A DNA stretch of 64,000 nt. It comes from Eledone cirrhosa (taxonomy: Eukaryota). A program made the position numbers and the translations under genes. Shown piece by piece: positions 14,901 through 30,019 of this stretch; position 1 is the stretch's first letter; each line of letters begins with the position of its first letter. The notes beneath the pieces are model-generated. The model saw only the letters and a list, made by a program, of their open reading frames with translations. It was not told the DNA's origin and searched no databases. The stretch spans positions 113,026,001 to 113,090,000 of the forward strand of contig OZ024743.1 in NCBI GenBank assembly GCA_964016885.1, in the 5' to 3' direction.

Positions 14901-17900
14901 CCCAGCCTCTGACTGTATCTCACCTCAACTGAACTCATCTCATCCTGTCCCACACAAACCCAGCCTCTGACACTATCTCACCTCAACTGAACTCATCTCA
15001 TCCTATCCCACACAAACCCAGCCTCTGACCCTATCTCACCTCAACTGAACTCATCTCATCCTATCCCACACAAACCCAGCCTCTGACCGTATCTCACCTC
15101 AACTGAACTCATCTCATCCTATCCCACACAAACCCAGCCTCTGACCGTATCTCACCTCAACTGAACTCATCTCATCCTGTCCCACACAAACCCAGCCTCT
15201 GACCCTATCTCACCTCAACTGAACTCATCTCATCCTATCCCACACAAACCCAGCCTCTGACCCTATCTCACCTCAACTGAACTCATCTCATCCTATCCCA
15301 CACAAACCCAGCCTCTGACCCTATCTCACCTCAACTGAACTCATCTCATCCTATCCCACACAAACCCAGCCTCTGACCGTATCTCACCTCAACTGAACTC
15401 ATCTCATCCTATCCCACACAAACCCAACCTCTGACCGTATCTCACCTCAACTGAACTCATCTCATCCTATCCCACACAAACCCAGCCTCTGACCGTATCT
15501 CACCTCAACTGAACTCATCTCATCCTGTCCCACACAAACCCAACCTCTGACCGTATCTCACCTCAACTGAACTCATCTCATCCTGTCCCACACAAACTCA
15601 GCCTCTGACCGTATCTCACCTCAACTGAACTCATCTCATCCTATCCCACACAAACCCAGCCTCTGACCGTATCTCACTTCAACTGAACTCATCTCATCCT
15701 GTCCCACACAAACCCAACCTCTTACCGTATCTCACCTCAACTGAACTCATCTCATCCTATCCCACACAAACTCAGCCTCTGACCGTATCTCACCTCAACT
15801 GAACTCATCTCATCCTATCCCACACAAACCCAGCCTCTGACCCTATCTCACCTCAACTGAACTCATCTCATCCTGTCCCACACAAACCCAACCTCTGACC
15901 GTATCTCACCTCAACTGAACTCATCTCATCCTATCCCACACAAACCCAGCCTCTGACTGTATCTCACCTCAACTGAACTCATCTCATCCTGTCCCACACA
16001 AACCCAACCTCTGACCGTATCTCACCTCAACTGAACTCATCTCATCCTGTCCCACACAAACCCAGCCTCTGACCGTATCTCACCTCAACTGAACTCATCT
16101 CATCCTATCCCACACAAACCCAGCCTCTGACCGTATTTCACTTCAGCTGAACTCATCTCATCCTGTCCCACACAAACCCAGCCTCTGACTGTATCTCACC
16201 TCAACTGAACTCATCTCATCCTATCCCACATAACCCAAGCCTCTGACTGTATCTCACCTCAACTGAACTCATCTCATCCTATCCCACACAAACCCAACCT
16301 CTGACCGTATCTCACCTCAACTGAACTCATCTCATCCTATCCCACACAAACCCAGCCTCTGACCGTATCTCACCTCAACTGAACTCATCTCATCCTGTCC
16401 CACACAAACTTAGCCTCTGACTGTATCTCACCTCAACTGAACTCATCTCATCCTGTCCCACACAAACCCAACCTCTGACCGTATCTCACCTCAACTGAAC
16501 TCATCTCATCCTATCCCACACAAACCCAGCCTCTGACCGTATCTCACCTCAACTGAACTCATCTCATCCTGTCCCACACAAACCCAGCCTCTAACCGTAT
16601 CTCACCTCAGCTGAACTCATCTCATCCTGTCCCACACAAACCCAGCCTCTGACCGTATCTCACCTCAACTGAACTCATCTCATCCTATCCCACACAAACC
16701 CAGCCTCTGACCGTATCTCACCTCAACTGAACTTATCTCATCCTATCCCACACAAACCCAGCCTCTGACTGTATCTCACCTCAACTGAACTCATCTCATC
16801 CTGTCCTACACAAACCCAGCCTCTGACCGTATCTCACCTCAGTAGAACTCATCTCATCCTGTCCCACACAAACCCAGCCTCTGACCGTATCTCACCTCAA
16901 CTGAACTCATCTCATCCTGTCCCACAAAAGACCCAACCTCTGACCGTATCTCACCTCAACTGAACTCATCTCATCCTGTCCCACACAAACCCAACCTCTG
17001 ACCGTATCTCACCTCAGCTGAACTCATCTCATCCTGTCCCACACAAACCCAACCTCTGACCGTATCTCACCTCAGTAGAACTCATCTCATCCTGTCCCAC
17101 ACAAACCCAGCCTCTGACCGTATCTCACCTCAACTGAACTCATCTCATCCTGTCCCACAAAAGACCCAACCTCTGACCGTATCTCACCTCAACTGAACTC
17201 ATCTCATCCTGTCCCACACAAACCCAACCTCTGACCGTATCTCACCTCAACTGAACTCATCTAATCCTATCCCACACAAACCCAGCCTCTGACAGTATCT
17301 CACCTCAACTGAACTCATCTCATCCTGTCCCACACAAACCCAGCCTCTGACCGTATCTCACCTCAACTGAACTCATCTCATCCTATCCCACACAAACCCA
17401 ACCTCTGACAGTATCTCACCTCAACTGAACTCATCTCATCCTATCCCACACAAACCCAACCTCTGACTGTATCTCACCTCAACTGAACTCATCTCATCCT
17501 GTCCCACACAAACCCAGCCTCTGACCGTATCTCACCTCAACTGAACTCATCTCATCCTATCCCACACAAACCCAGCCTCTGACCGTATCTCACCTCAACT
17601 GAACTCATCTCATCCTATCCCACACAAACCCAACCTCTGACCGTATCTCACCTCAACTGAACTCATCTCATCCTGACCCACACAAACCTAGCCTCTGACC
17701 GTATCTCACCTCAACTGAACTCATCTCATCCTATCCCACACAAACCCAGCCTCTGACCGTATCTCACCTCAACTGAACTCATCTCATCCTATCCCACACA
17801 AACCCAACCTCTGACCGTATCTCACCTCAACTGAACTCATCTCATCCTGTCCCACACAAACCTAGCCTCTGACCGTATCTCACCTCAACTGAACTCATCT

Positions 17901-18221
17901 CATCCTATCCCACACAAACCCAGCCTCTGACCGTATCTCACCTCAACTGAACTCATCTCATCCTATCCCACACAAACCCAGCCTCTGACCGTATCTCACC
18001 TCAACTGAACTCATCTCATCCTATCCCACACAAACCCAACCTCTGACCGTATCTCACCTCAACTGAACTCATCTCATCCTGTCCCACACAAACCTAGCCT
18101 CTGACCGTATCTCACCTCAACTGAACTCATCTCATCCTATCCCACACAAACCCAACCTCTGACCGTATCTCACCTCAACTGAACTCATCTCATCCTATCC
18201 CACACAAACCTAGCCTCTGAC
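11982..18221 (+). repeat. 58-bp tandem satellite, about 107 copies
   Basis: Unit CCTCTGACCGTATCTCACCTCAACTGAACTCATCTCATCCTATCCCACACAAACCCAG; period 58 (e.g. 12003, 12061). Confidence 0.98.
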
Positions 18222-18285
18222 ATTTACTCCTGCATTTGTCTGTACTTCGTTTTCTGTTATTCCGAATTATGGGTTTATATATATA

Positions 18286-18359
<74 letters not shown>

Positions 18360-18459
18360 TGTATATATATATATATGTATGTATGTATATGTATGTATGT
18401 ATACATGTATATATATATATATATGTATGTATGTGTATATATATATATATATATATGTA

Positions 18460-18490
<31 letters not shown>

Positions 18491-18517
18491 GTGAACTAAC
18501 TGTTGTGTAACTACTTC

Positions 18518-18550
<33 letters not shown>

Positions 18551-18840
18551 GAAATCATTATGTTACTCGTTTCTCAATAACATCTATAATCCATGCTGCT
18601 GGACTTGGCGACCTGACGAAAGGAATATTGTAAATACAAAGATGGTAAATAGATCGAGGGACCTTCCTTCACGTCTATGTCGACAAGACAATTAGAGATG
18701 AAATGTTTGTTTATTTTTGAAGTAGCACAAACAATGTTTGCTAACTTATATGGTTGAAGTTACAGATAAAAAGAGGTTACAAAAGGGAATGTGCCACTGC
18801 ACCAGTAAGCCGGCGAGGCTAGGGTGCAAAATCTCACCGT

Positions 18841-18977
<137 letters not shown>

Positions 18978-19005
18978 GTAGTTACACAACAGTTAGTTCA
19001 CCATA

Positions 19006-19045
19006 ACGAGAACAATCGTTTCACCTTAGCGGATCCTCAGCTCGT
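19006..19045 (-). ncRNA. Minimal type I hammerhead ribozyme motif
   Basis: Minus strand: ACGAG-CUGAGGA-U CC GCUAA GG U-GAAA C GAUU G UU^CUCGU; lies in an imperfect inverted repeat 18975-19105 flanked by (TA)n. Confidence 0.75.
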
Positions 19046-19155
19046 AATTACGAGGTGAAACAATTGTTCTCGGTATGGTGAACTAACTGTTGTATAACCA
19101 CTACTACCTAACTCGTCCCATGGACATAGTGCCCTACCACTACGGATATTACCTT

Positions 19156-19257
<102 letters not shown>

Positions 19258-19300
19258 CCTTATCGAGCCCTCTTCGGATTTTAGTCTTCACATTAATTAT

Positions 19301-19342
<42 letters not shown>

Positions 19343-19343
<1 letters not shown>

Positions 19344-19542
19344 AACGAGTAGGACCCCGACGGCTGAGCTCAAGCCGTTTCGACGGCTAATTCTGGATTT
19401 TTTTTACTCCAGAATTAGCAGTCGAAACGGCTTGAGCTCAGCCGTCGGGGTCCTACTCGTTCCTATTACCCACTCTACTACCCTAAGTATTGAGTACTTT
19501 GGTGCGTTATGGTCCACCTGGTTCCTTACCACATTTCCTTCG

Positions 19543-19545
<3 letters not shown>
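19343..19545 (+). mobile_element. Fold-back PLE-terminus-like element (55-bp arms) with the 3' half of a hammerhead
   Basis: Arms 19343-19397 / 19408-19462; GAAA CGGCT TGAGCTC AGCCG TC GGGG at 19424-19450; no CUGANGA upstream. Confidence 0.7.
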
Positions 19546-19587
<42 letters not shown>

Positions 19588-20100
19588 AAATTCTAGAGAT
19601 TTGGTTAACAAAGGGTTTTCAAAGCCGAAGTCTCCTTCCCCTCATGCAAGAGTGTTTCGCTCCTTAATTCCTTACACTCAAAGGGAGCCGAGCCCTATCG
19701 AAATCATGAGTTCTGTGTGTCCTTCTGCAAATGCCTTTTAACTACTTGCACATCGAAGACTTGTGTGTTGGGCACTTAAACCTTTTGGAGATAGCTTCTG
19801 CTCCCCATCCACCTTACTCAGGTGCAACTTCTTACCTCTTCCTCCTCTATTGTCTTTAAGGGATTTGGCCTTCTTTATCCCAGAGATTGAGAGTTCCTGT
19901 CTATACTCATGAGATTATATATATACATATATATATATAATATATTATTTATACTCCAGTCCTACAAACTGTAGAGTGCTACATATCCGATATCTGCATT
20001 GCTTTATTGTACTACAATAAAACTCACCTCCTACATATATATATATATAAATACATATATATTTATATATATCTATATATATTTATTATATATATATATT

Positions 20101-20218
<118 letters not shown>

Positions 20219-20489
20219 TCAAATATATCTTATTAAATTGGTTACAAGTTTAAAGATCTTTCGAAAGAATTTCACTAAACAATTGAGTCTATACATAAAC
20301 AGACTCATTAACTGCTTAATGAACACAACCACTAGGATATGGTCCGAACGTGGAAGAGCCGAACTCCCACTGTCATCGCCTCCATCTCTCTCGCCCTCCT
20401 CGTCTCTCTGTATGGAGAGAAAATGGAGTCTCACGTGCTGGCCTCCCCGTAGCCCAGGCGGAGAGAATGGAGAAGGCGTTTCTCCGAAG

Positions 20490-20645
20490 GATCAACAAAT
20501 CCTCTTGGTCCAACCTCTATGGCAATGAGTTCAGCCTGGAAGCTGATCTTCCTCAGGCTGTTCGCTAGATTGGTATATTTTTCAACTTTATAGGTGTGGG
20601 ATTCCATTCTTTTTTCAAATGTCTCAGCGAGTTCAATATATATTT
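20490..20645 (-). pseudogene. Fragment of a restriction-like endonuclease domain from an R2/Hero/NeSL-type non-LTR element
   Basis: Minus frame IYIELAETFEKRMESHTYKVEKYTNLANSLRKISFQAELIAIEVGPRGF matches the EL..E...H..K..KY..L....IEVG.RG pattern. Confidence 0.55.
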
Positions 20646-21269
20646 CTGACTGCGTATGTTATTTCAAAGGATATTTCAATTTCTATATCTATCTATCTAT
20701 CTATCTATCTGTCTGTCTGTATGTGAGTATGTGTGTATGCACTTTCAATATATATATATATATATATATCTGTATCTGTGTATGTGTGTGTATGTAAATT
20801 CAAAATATAATACGGTTTGTCTGTTTGAATAAGTGTTTGTCATATGTGAGTGTTAATTTAATGTAAGACAAATAATTGAATTTAAAATGTTGCTTTTGTA
20901 ACCTTTTCTTTCCCTCATAACAAGTAAGTTACTTCACAGACTGCGATTAATTAGGAATTTAAGAAAACATTAGGTGAAAAGAAAAGCTGAGAAATGTAAA
21001 CACTCAGAATGACTAACAACTAGAAGAACTGTATAGAAGATATTGTGACTGTGTAGTCTACTTTAATGCGTAGAAAGTAAATTGAATTTTCTCAAGTAGC
21101 CAATAATAAACTTCCTTTCGAAATGTAATCCAAACGTTTTATGAGATTTATGTGGTGGAAATTTTAGTTTTCTGTCTTCAATTTCTTAGTCTTTGATGAA
21201 AATTCGATTATACTCCTTTCTATTGACGTATTCACAAACACAGAGAGAGAGGGTGTGTGTGTGTGTGTG

Positions 21270-21480
21270 TATGTTGGACCACGGTCGGTTCCGACACTGA
21301 GTGTTCCAGCTGTTTGACCAATGGAGCAGCCTGCTCGTGAAATAAACGTGCAAGTGCTTGAGTATATCACAGGCTACGTGTACGGTTAACGTAGTTCTCA
21401 AGGAGGGAGATTGGATGTAACATGGCGTGTGACATGGTTGGTTCTTTGAATGACAGGTACATCTCCAGTGAAATAAAATG
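21270..21480 (-). mobile_element. Second SINE-like dispersed repeat (related pieces near 2230-2390, 28600-28710, 29860-29960)
   Basis: Shared GTGTCTGTGAAAT(A/G)CTCAG.CACTT..AC..TAATT block in these copies. Confidence 0.6.
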
Positions 21481-21554
21481 TCTTGCTCAAGGTCACAACG
21501 CACTTCAGCGAATCGAAACTATGAACCAAATACTCTAAATACAAGCTCATACGC

Positions 21555-22503
21555 CTTCACACACACAGCACATACCACACACACCATACACACCACACAC
21601 CACACAACGCCACACACCACACATCCCATACACTACATCACACCACAGACCATACACACCACAGACCACACGCGCCACGCACAGCACACGTAGCACACAC
21701 CACACACACACACCACACACACACGCTACACACACTATACACACACCACACACACCACACACACACCACACACACCACACATACCACACACACAGTACAC
21801 AACACACCACACACAGCACATCACACCACACACAGCACACAACACATCACACCACACACACCATACACACTACACAACACACGCTACACACACCACACAC
21901 ACACCACACACCACACACACACGCTACACACACCACACACACACACCACACACACACCACACACACACCACACACACCACACACACAGCACACAACACAT
22001 CACACCACACACACCACACAACACATCACACCACACCACACACACCATACACACTACACAACACACGCTACACACACCACACACACACCACACACACCAC
22101 ACACACCACACACACACGCTACACACACCACACACACACCACACACACCACACACACACCACACAACACATCACACCACACACAGCACACAACACATCAC
22201 ACCACACCACACACACCACACACACCACACACACACCACACAACACATCACACCACACACAGCACACAACACATCTCACCACACCACACACACCACACAC
22301 ACCACACACACACACCACACACCACATCACACCACACACACAGCACACAACACATCACACCACACACAGCACACAACACATCACACCATACACACTACAC
22401 AACAGACACACCACATCACACCACACACACAGCACACAACACATCACACCACACACAGCACACAACACATCACACCATACACACTACACAACACACACAC
22501 CAC
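21555..22503. repeat. Degenerate CA/CAC low-complexity minisatellite
   Basis: Direct reading. Confidence 0.95.
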
Positions 22504-23399
22504 TCTTACCTTTGTCATTGAGTGTCTTTGGTTTAGTTCAATCCTGTCTTAAACATTGAACCAAGTCTCCGATCTGAGGAGATGACAAACAAATATAATT
22601 ACTGGGGATGAAAGACACAATTTTGGCTAGGGAAAAAAAAATACGGTTATACTTTGAACTTTAATACTTTCAGTCGATTTAATCGACTCTCCCTGTCGCC
22701 ACCTAAAGATTTTCTGGCCTTGTATCTAAATTAGAAACAATTAATTTGAGCGAAACACGGGCATCATTTTAATAAGAAATAATTGTTATCTATGTCTAAA
22801 TATCTTGAGGTATAGAAGGTGAAAAATAATTTCATATTTAAGTCTAAACTATAATTCGATCAATTTGATCAAAGATTGATATCAGGTGTATTTAAACAGT
22901 AGACGACTGGAGACGAATAAAATACGTTTATTTCTAAGCTAAATATTATGACATTCGTATCAACTCGGCCATTAAAACAGCGAAAGAGCATTTTGGAAAG
23001 AATGCGAGTATGCTAATGTTAAATAATAATTTCTTTATGTAAACATTAGATAATATTATTATCTACTTGTAACTCCTGATGGAGTCGTAAGGGTGGTGTA
23101 GTGACGTACGGCGTGTATTGTACATTTTAAACCTGAGCCCATCCTCTCCCCAGGTCTGAAGGTAGTCAATTTCTTCCAGAGAGAGGCGGGGAGAGAATAG
23201 TGGAGAGGAAGTGAGAAAATGATATAGAGGAAGAATCGACCCGAGAACTGAACTAGTACATTTCTTTTTACTTCGGTAGGATTTACTTAGAGAGCTGGCA
23301 CGAATACCGCAAAGCATTCTTTCCAACGTTCTAGTGACTTTGCCCATTCGCCGCCTAAGTAGATATTAAATAATAGTCTTATCTTATGACGCCAAACTC

Positions 23400-23776
23400 T
23401 ACCAGTTACAGACTGCGCATCAACATGAGATATTCTTCTCCACAAAGTTCGATCACCAGCAACAGAGTTTAAAGAGCAAAGATCAAGTCCAGTCCATAAG
23501 TTGATATTATCAAGCCATCATTTTGGCTGCCGGCCTCTGCTTCTCATACCAGCCAACCTTCCTTCCGGGCATAACCTACTCACACCACGAGTTGATCTTT
23601 TTGTATGACCGTATAGTTTGAGTACTCTTGACTTGACAATTGATGTAATTGGTCTAAGTCTGGTAATGTTGAGCAGCTCACTGATACAGATACGGTCGCT
23701 GAGCTGCTTGCCAGTCATAAGTCTCATGATGTGGTTCTGGAATGTAGAGTGCTTCTGAAGTGACCTTGTCGTCAAA
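23400..23776 (-). mobile_element. 3' fragment of an RTE-clade LINE
   Basis: ORF ...FQNHIMRLMTG..LSDRI...LKLYGHTKRS...EGRLAGMRSRGRQPK resembles the RTE C-terminus. Confidence 0.7.
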
Positions 23777-24661
23777 TTAACACAGTCAAGACAACTGGTA
23801 GGATGTAAGTATTAAAGTAAGTATTAAATAATCGTATATGTGTGTAATAGATTATGTAAATAAGATAGTTGGATAGTCTAGGAAATTATAATCTTATTCA
23901 TTCGTTTTACATTGTTTTAAAGTATGTAGCAATTACTATATTCAAATATCTGAAGAGCCGATAGATAAAAGTGTAAGAAATAATATTGAGACCGGTAAGA
24001 GAGAAATATAAATCCAAGGGTATTTCTACATGTGGCCTGTTTCTTCTTGGTCGTAAACAAAGTGTACTTTCCATTATACCATCCCTTTTAATTAGTAACA
24101 GCTATGATACAGATTAACCCTCTAGGGAAGTTCATTATGTAAACATAGTTTTACCATCTTATTCCGCATATATATTGATGCATTTTTTGTATCAGAATAT
24201 ATATACGTACAAAAGAATATATTACTGTTCCTGGTAAATACACAAACCACCATCATCGTTACCACACTCATATATGCCTGGACAAGGTGGTGGGAGAACA
24301 CACTGATGTGCAGAAGCACAGGCACGTGCTACCTCGCGGCTCAAGCGGTCACAATTGAATAATATTTACACCAGAGGGTAGTGAGTTGAAATATCAATTC
24401 CAGCTTCAAAGGCTCGCTCCTGTGTGTGGCCAACTCCACCTCCTTATTAGTGTGTAAGGAGATGAATCAGGGACCAAGAACCCTAGAATATTACACCGTA
24501 ATAGATTCAATGACTAACCTATCGTATGGCGTTTGATATTTTGGCAGCTGGCGATCTCCATGTTGTCGGAATACGAAACTTAGACCTTTCGCCTAATACA
24601 ACAGGTTGCAGCTGAAGAAAGTGCCATGCGTTAAATCTAGACAAAAGCTCAAAACAAGAAA

Positions 24662-25250
24662 CAATGGTTGTTACTTTAAGTACAAGGCCAGCAATTTTGG
24701 GAAGGGGGAAATCGATTAAATCGATCCCAGTGCGTTACTGGTACTTTATTTTATCGATGAAAGGCGAAGCTAACCTCGGTGGGATTTGAACTCAGAATGT
24801 AAAGGGTCGTAACTCAATGCCTCGAATCAGGGTGTCCGACGCTCTACCGACAATGTCAATCCACCACCCTAAAACAAGAAATAATGGTTTCTACTTTAGG
24901 CACAAGGCCAGCAATTTTGGGAGAGGGGAAATTCGATTGAATTGACCCTAGTACGAAACCGGTACTTTATTTTATTGACCCCGTAAGGATGAAAAGCAAA
25001 GCTAACCTCGGTGGATTTGAATTCAGAATGCAAAGGGCTGTAACTCAATCCCTCGAAGCAGAGTGTCCGACGGTCTACCGATTCTGCCAATCCACCGCCC
25101 TAAAACAAGAAATAATTGTTTCTACTTTTGGCACAAGGCCAGCAATTACCCAGTGCATTACTGGTACTTTATTTTATCGACCCCGTAAGGATGAATGGCA
25201 AAGTTAACCTCGGCGGGATTTGAACTCAGAATGGCAAGGGCCGTAACTTG
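24662..25250 (-). mobile_element. Three tandem SINE copies
   Basis: Repeated reverse-complement SINE bodies separated by CCCTAAAACAAGAAA. Confidence 0.85.
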
Positions 25251-25277
25251 CCATTCCGTTTTTATTGTTTTATGTTA

Positions 25278-25447
25278 GTTATATATAAAATCTAAAACGA
25301 AAACGTTGTGTGTGTAGATACATAACTTGTCGAATTAAAGATTTCTAACATGTGGTTTTAAATGATTTTACTGAGGATTAAATATAAATACAACACAGCA
25401 GATTAGAGAATCGCTTATTAAACGAATGGTACATTCGCCTTTGCTAG
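25278..25447 (+). mobile_element. Possible short non-autonomous Helitron
   Basis: 5' TATATAAAAT...GTGTGTG; 3' hairpin CGAATG-GTA-CATTCG followed by CTAG. Confidence 0.35.
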
Positions 25448-25529
25448 CTTTACTGTTGAGTTGTAACATTCTTAGACATCATTTACTGTCCTTTGTTAAA
25501 TGTTCTAGTGTATCCGTTCCGTCAATAAT

Positions 25530-25880
25530 AGTTTCTGATTTAGGCACAAGGCCAGCAATTTCGGGGGAGGGGAAAGTCAATTAAATCGACCCCAGTGTGT
25601 TATTGGTGCTTTATTTTATGGACCCCCTTTAGGATGAAAAGCAAAGCTAACCTCGGCGGGATTTGAACTCAGAACATAAAGGAAGGTAACTATGCCGTGA
25701 AGTTGTGTACCATCAATAAAGGTTTCTTATGTAGGCACAAGGCCAGCAATTTGGGGTGGGGGGGGGGGCGATTAAATCGACCCTGGTGCTTTATTTTATG
25801 GACCCCCCTTTAGGATGAAAGGCAAAACTAACCTCAGTGGGATTTGAAATCATAAAGAGACGTAACTATGCCGCGAAATT
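25530..25880 (-). mobile_element. Two tandem truncated SINE copies
   Basis: Same SINE core in reverse complement. Confidence 0.8.
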
Positions 25881-26780
25881 GTGTACCAACAATAATGGTA
25901 ACAATAGTACTTAATTTTTTTATTCCGGGATTGGTATGCCATATATACCTGGATTACTGAATATATGAAGAATCATACAAATTTGGGAAATTGCGTTTTG
26001 ATAAATTTATGGTTTGTGCAAGCGAAACCCTATAAGCGTATATTGATTCTTGATAGGTGGAAGTGATGAAAGATAAAAATGACATTTTAATAATTTATTT
26101 CTTGGATATAAAAATGACATGCAGGGTTAAATATATGAATAATTTTAGAGAAATAACTATTTACTGGGACAAATGAAGGGATAGAACCCAGAACCTTGTC
26201 ATTGGAAAGTCAACTTAGTGTAACACGACTGATATAGGAAATGCAGTGTGTGTAGGCACATGTATGTAAATTTTAAAGATTTACAGACGGAGATACATAT
26301 AAATATATAAACGCAAGTGACGTATTAGTGCATTTCCAGGCATACAGCTCCCTGCTTCCCTAAACGTTGAATTTAATATACCAAAACTCAGAATAGTTTT
26401 CAAGGGAAACTACTTATAGACCGGTTACCTCCCTTGATCTATAATTACGATTTCTGTAAATATTATTTAGCTTATTGCTGTGAAATTCTATTTGTTTTCA
26501 TCAGGTAAAGATATATAATTACAAAGTAATAAATTTGTAGTGATAATACTGTTATATCATTTTAAAAACAGTTTTAATGTTCAAGTTATTTAGCTTTATG
26601 TTCAGTGTATGTGATATTTTTTGAAAACGTTTTCAATAATTTGTTATTTCCCTTAGATTGCACAAAAACGTATAGTTTATCTCCCTTGCATAACTTAAAT
26701 CTTTCTTCCTCCTCGTTTCTGTAGAGAAGTTTAGACACACTCGCATACACAACACTATAGTTTCCATCGCCATCACCACT

Positions 26781-27089
26781 TGGGACCCGACGTGCTGCGA
26801 TTCGTTCTCCGCCTCCAACCTTGTCGTTTCGGTCACAAATCCGGACTTCACTGCCCACAATGCAGAGAAGAGGAAGATATTAAACTACCGGGACCTGACC
26901 GACCGCTACCTCTTCACACCAGTCTCCGGCCTCCTTGATCCTCACACTGCTGATTTCCTCCGTGAAATCGGAAAGACCGCGGCCCGCTTGAAGGTGTGGC
27001 CACGTGGGATGGGGTGTATGTTGCAATAGGTGTCCCTGGCTATTCTTCGTGGTAATTCCTTTGCCATTTTGTCCACTGGGCGCAGTTAA
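26781..27089 (+). pseudogene. 3' fragment of a CRE-clade non-LTR retrotransposon (restriction-like endonuclease C-terminus)
   Basis: WDPTCCDSFSAS...AEKRKILNYRDL..RYLFTPV...IGK...LQ*VSLAILRGNSFAIL matches the WD.TC.D / AE..K..Y / QRGNA pattern; internal stop. Not shown in the ORF track. Confidence 0.7.
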
Positions 27090-27359
27090 GGCACAGTTCA
27101 GACTGGGGTGTGGTGGTTGTTCCTTCCCCTTTCTTTTTCTTTCGTAGCTTGATTCTTTTTTTCTTTTTCGTTTTTTTTTGTTACCTTTAATAATGTGTTG
27201 TTTTTATTTGTACAAGAGTATTCTTGTGTTGTTGTCAGACCTGACTTACCATTTCCAAATGGATTATATACCCAAGTATGTATTGAATATTAAATCACCT
27301 CTTCCAACTCGATTTCTATTTTACGAATGTTTTTGTTGTTAATTCGAAGGATTTGGGTA

Positions 27360-28130
27360 ATAACAGATTGACAATATCAGTAGAGTGTCGGACAAATTGT
27401 TTTGTGGCATTTAAGTACGACTTACTATTTTTCTGAGTTCAAATCCCTTCGAGGTCAAATTTGCCTTTCTTTCTTTCTTCCGGAGTCGAATTAATCGATT
27501 TTCCTCTCCCCCATAAGTTGGTTGCCCTTATGCCTAAAGTAGAAATCATTATTTCAATTGTATTGGTTAGTGTCGAACAAATGCTTAGCAGTATTTGCTC
27601 CTATTCTTTACATTTTAGGTTCAATTCACTCTGCGATCAACTTCTAAGGTCGATAAATTAAAATACTAGTCAAGTACTGTGGTAGATATAATTGATTTTT
27701 CCTTTCCCTTCGTCCAAAATTGTTGTCTTGGGGCTGAAAAGCGAAACCATTGTTTCAGTAATTTTATTATTATGTATGGGCGCAACATATGGTATGGTAT
27801 GGTCCCGTAACTCCCGATAGATTCGTAGGGGCACCGTGTTGACATACGGCTTTTCTTGGGTATTTTAAGCCTGGCGGAGCCCATCCCTCTCCAGGCCTGA
27901 GTACAGCAGATTTCTTCCAGAGAAAGAAAGAGAAAGAGTGAGAGCGGAAATGAGAAAGAGATATAGAGGAAGAATCGACTCCAGTACTTGACTCGTACTT
28001 TTTTTATCGACCTCGAAAGGATGAAAGGCAAAGTTGACTTCGGTGGGATTTGAACTCAAAGAGCAGAAAGCCAGAACGAATACCACAAAGCATTCTATCT
28101 AACGTTCTAACGACTCTGCCATTTTGCTGC
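27360..28130. mobile_element. Cluster of diverged SINEs (two on +, one on - with an alternative 3' tail at 27805-27975)
   Basis: B box and core domain matches. Confidence 0.7.
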
Positions 28131-28806
28131 CTGGGTGCAACATAGCTGGATGATAAAGAAATTCACTTCGCAATCAATTAGGCCATGGTTTCAATCACTC
28201 CAAGCGGCATCTAAGGCAATTGTCATTTACTAAAGCTTTCAGTCGACTCATACCTTGTGAGTGAAATAGGGTAGACGGAAACTGTTCGGAAGTTTGTTAG
28301 ACTAGAATTTTTTCAACACCCTGATGCGTATGTGCATATGTATACATTTATATGTATGAGTACATAAATATAAACGCGCAAACACAGACATACTTACAAA
28401 AATACATTCACAGACATACATTCACATACACACACATACATTTATACAAACACTCACATACAGCGTAGCAAATGGAACGTCAGCGGCTGTTTTGCAATAG
28501 TTTTTTCACCATCCTCTTCCTTCCTTTTACTCACACTTACAGACACATTGTGTGACGGAGGGACGAAGTCATTCAAATTTATATATAGATGTTCCTGTGA
28601 TTTAAAAGGCCGGCCTCGTCAGGTGTCTGTGAAATGCTCAGCCACTTACAGCAGGCTGTTCCGTTAGTCGAACAATTGGAACACTCATCGTAGAAACCGC
28701 CGGAGCTCCATTCCTGTTGTGTTGTTTTTCTTTGCCCCACCAAGTTCAGCATCCTCTAACTTCGGTACGTCAAATGTTTGTGCTTTTTCGTTAAGATAAT
28801 GCCCAA

Positions 28807-28895
<89 letters not shown>

Positions 28896-30019
28896 CATTG
28901 CCTAGTACGGATATTTTCCATTTGATAAAAAGTTACATTTTTCTAGTAATTTACAAAACAATATTCAGACACATTTCATCACACGAAAAAGAAACCCAAA
29001 ATGTTTTTGAATGTTGTAATAACGTCCCTTAAAAACATTGCTGATCTATAACAAACTGTTGCTGGTAGTTGTATCTATATATTTTCATCTTACTCTTGAT
29101 AGAGTTTATCTTTGGGACACTAAGCCTAGTGAAGCCCATCACCTCTACAGGTCAGGACACAGACAGGGAGAGGGGCGTGCTTTTTTTTATCGACCGCAAA
29201 AGGATGAAAGGCAAAGTTTACCAAGGCGGGATTTGAACTCAAGAGAGCAGAAAGAACTACAACGAACGATACTAAAATTTACCACCTGGGTTACTGAGTC
29301 AACAGGAAGACTATTAGTGACAGTAGACACAAAGGCAGTGGAAAAGAACCAGGGGACTGTCAAAATCCAGATGGTGTGAGGCTCTGACCTGATACCTCGG
29401 CCTCATTTGACCTAATGTAGCCAGAGATAGGAAGCAGTGGGGGTTAAACCGGGAGGGATTGCTCCTACAGGAATGAGAAGGCCCTGGATTTTGGTTACTG
29501 TGGATTAAAATGTTTTATTTTGTTTTTATTCTGAAAAGAAAAATATGTCTGCCGAGCAAATAAACACCGCGACCCTCGACTCCACTCTCACTGCGACCCT
29601 CGCCTCCACACTTGCCGCCACCCTCGCCACCACACTCACGGCCACACACACTTCCACACTCGCCTTCAATTCGCCTCCTCCCTCACCGTCACCCTCACCT
29701 CCTCCCTTTGCCTCACCTCTCCATCCTTCGCCCTCCCCTCCCTTCGTTTCCTCACTCACCTTCACTCCAACTCCTCACTCCAACTCCTCACTCTCCCTCA
29801 CCTCTCCACTCTGCCACTATACCATTAATTCAATTGACCAGACTTGTGTCAAGCCGAATATCCCTGAAAACTACATTAAGGGTACATATGTCTGTGAAAT
29901 GCTCAGCAACTCGCACGTTAATTCCACTGGAAAACTCATCGTCGAAACCGACGGAGATTCAACATGCTTACTATTGTCACCACCACTATTCCTATTTCTA
30001 CCACCAAATAATAATACCA

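Noticed and set aside
11982-18221. CRISPR-like or coding interpretation of the 58-bp array
   Set aside because: No unique spacers, eukaryotic context, period not a multiple of 3, and no long ORF.
18607-18685. CTGACGA followed by AAGGAA...TTCCTT, hammerhead-like
   Set aside because: No GAAA after the putative stem II.
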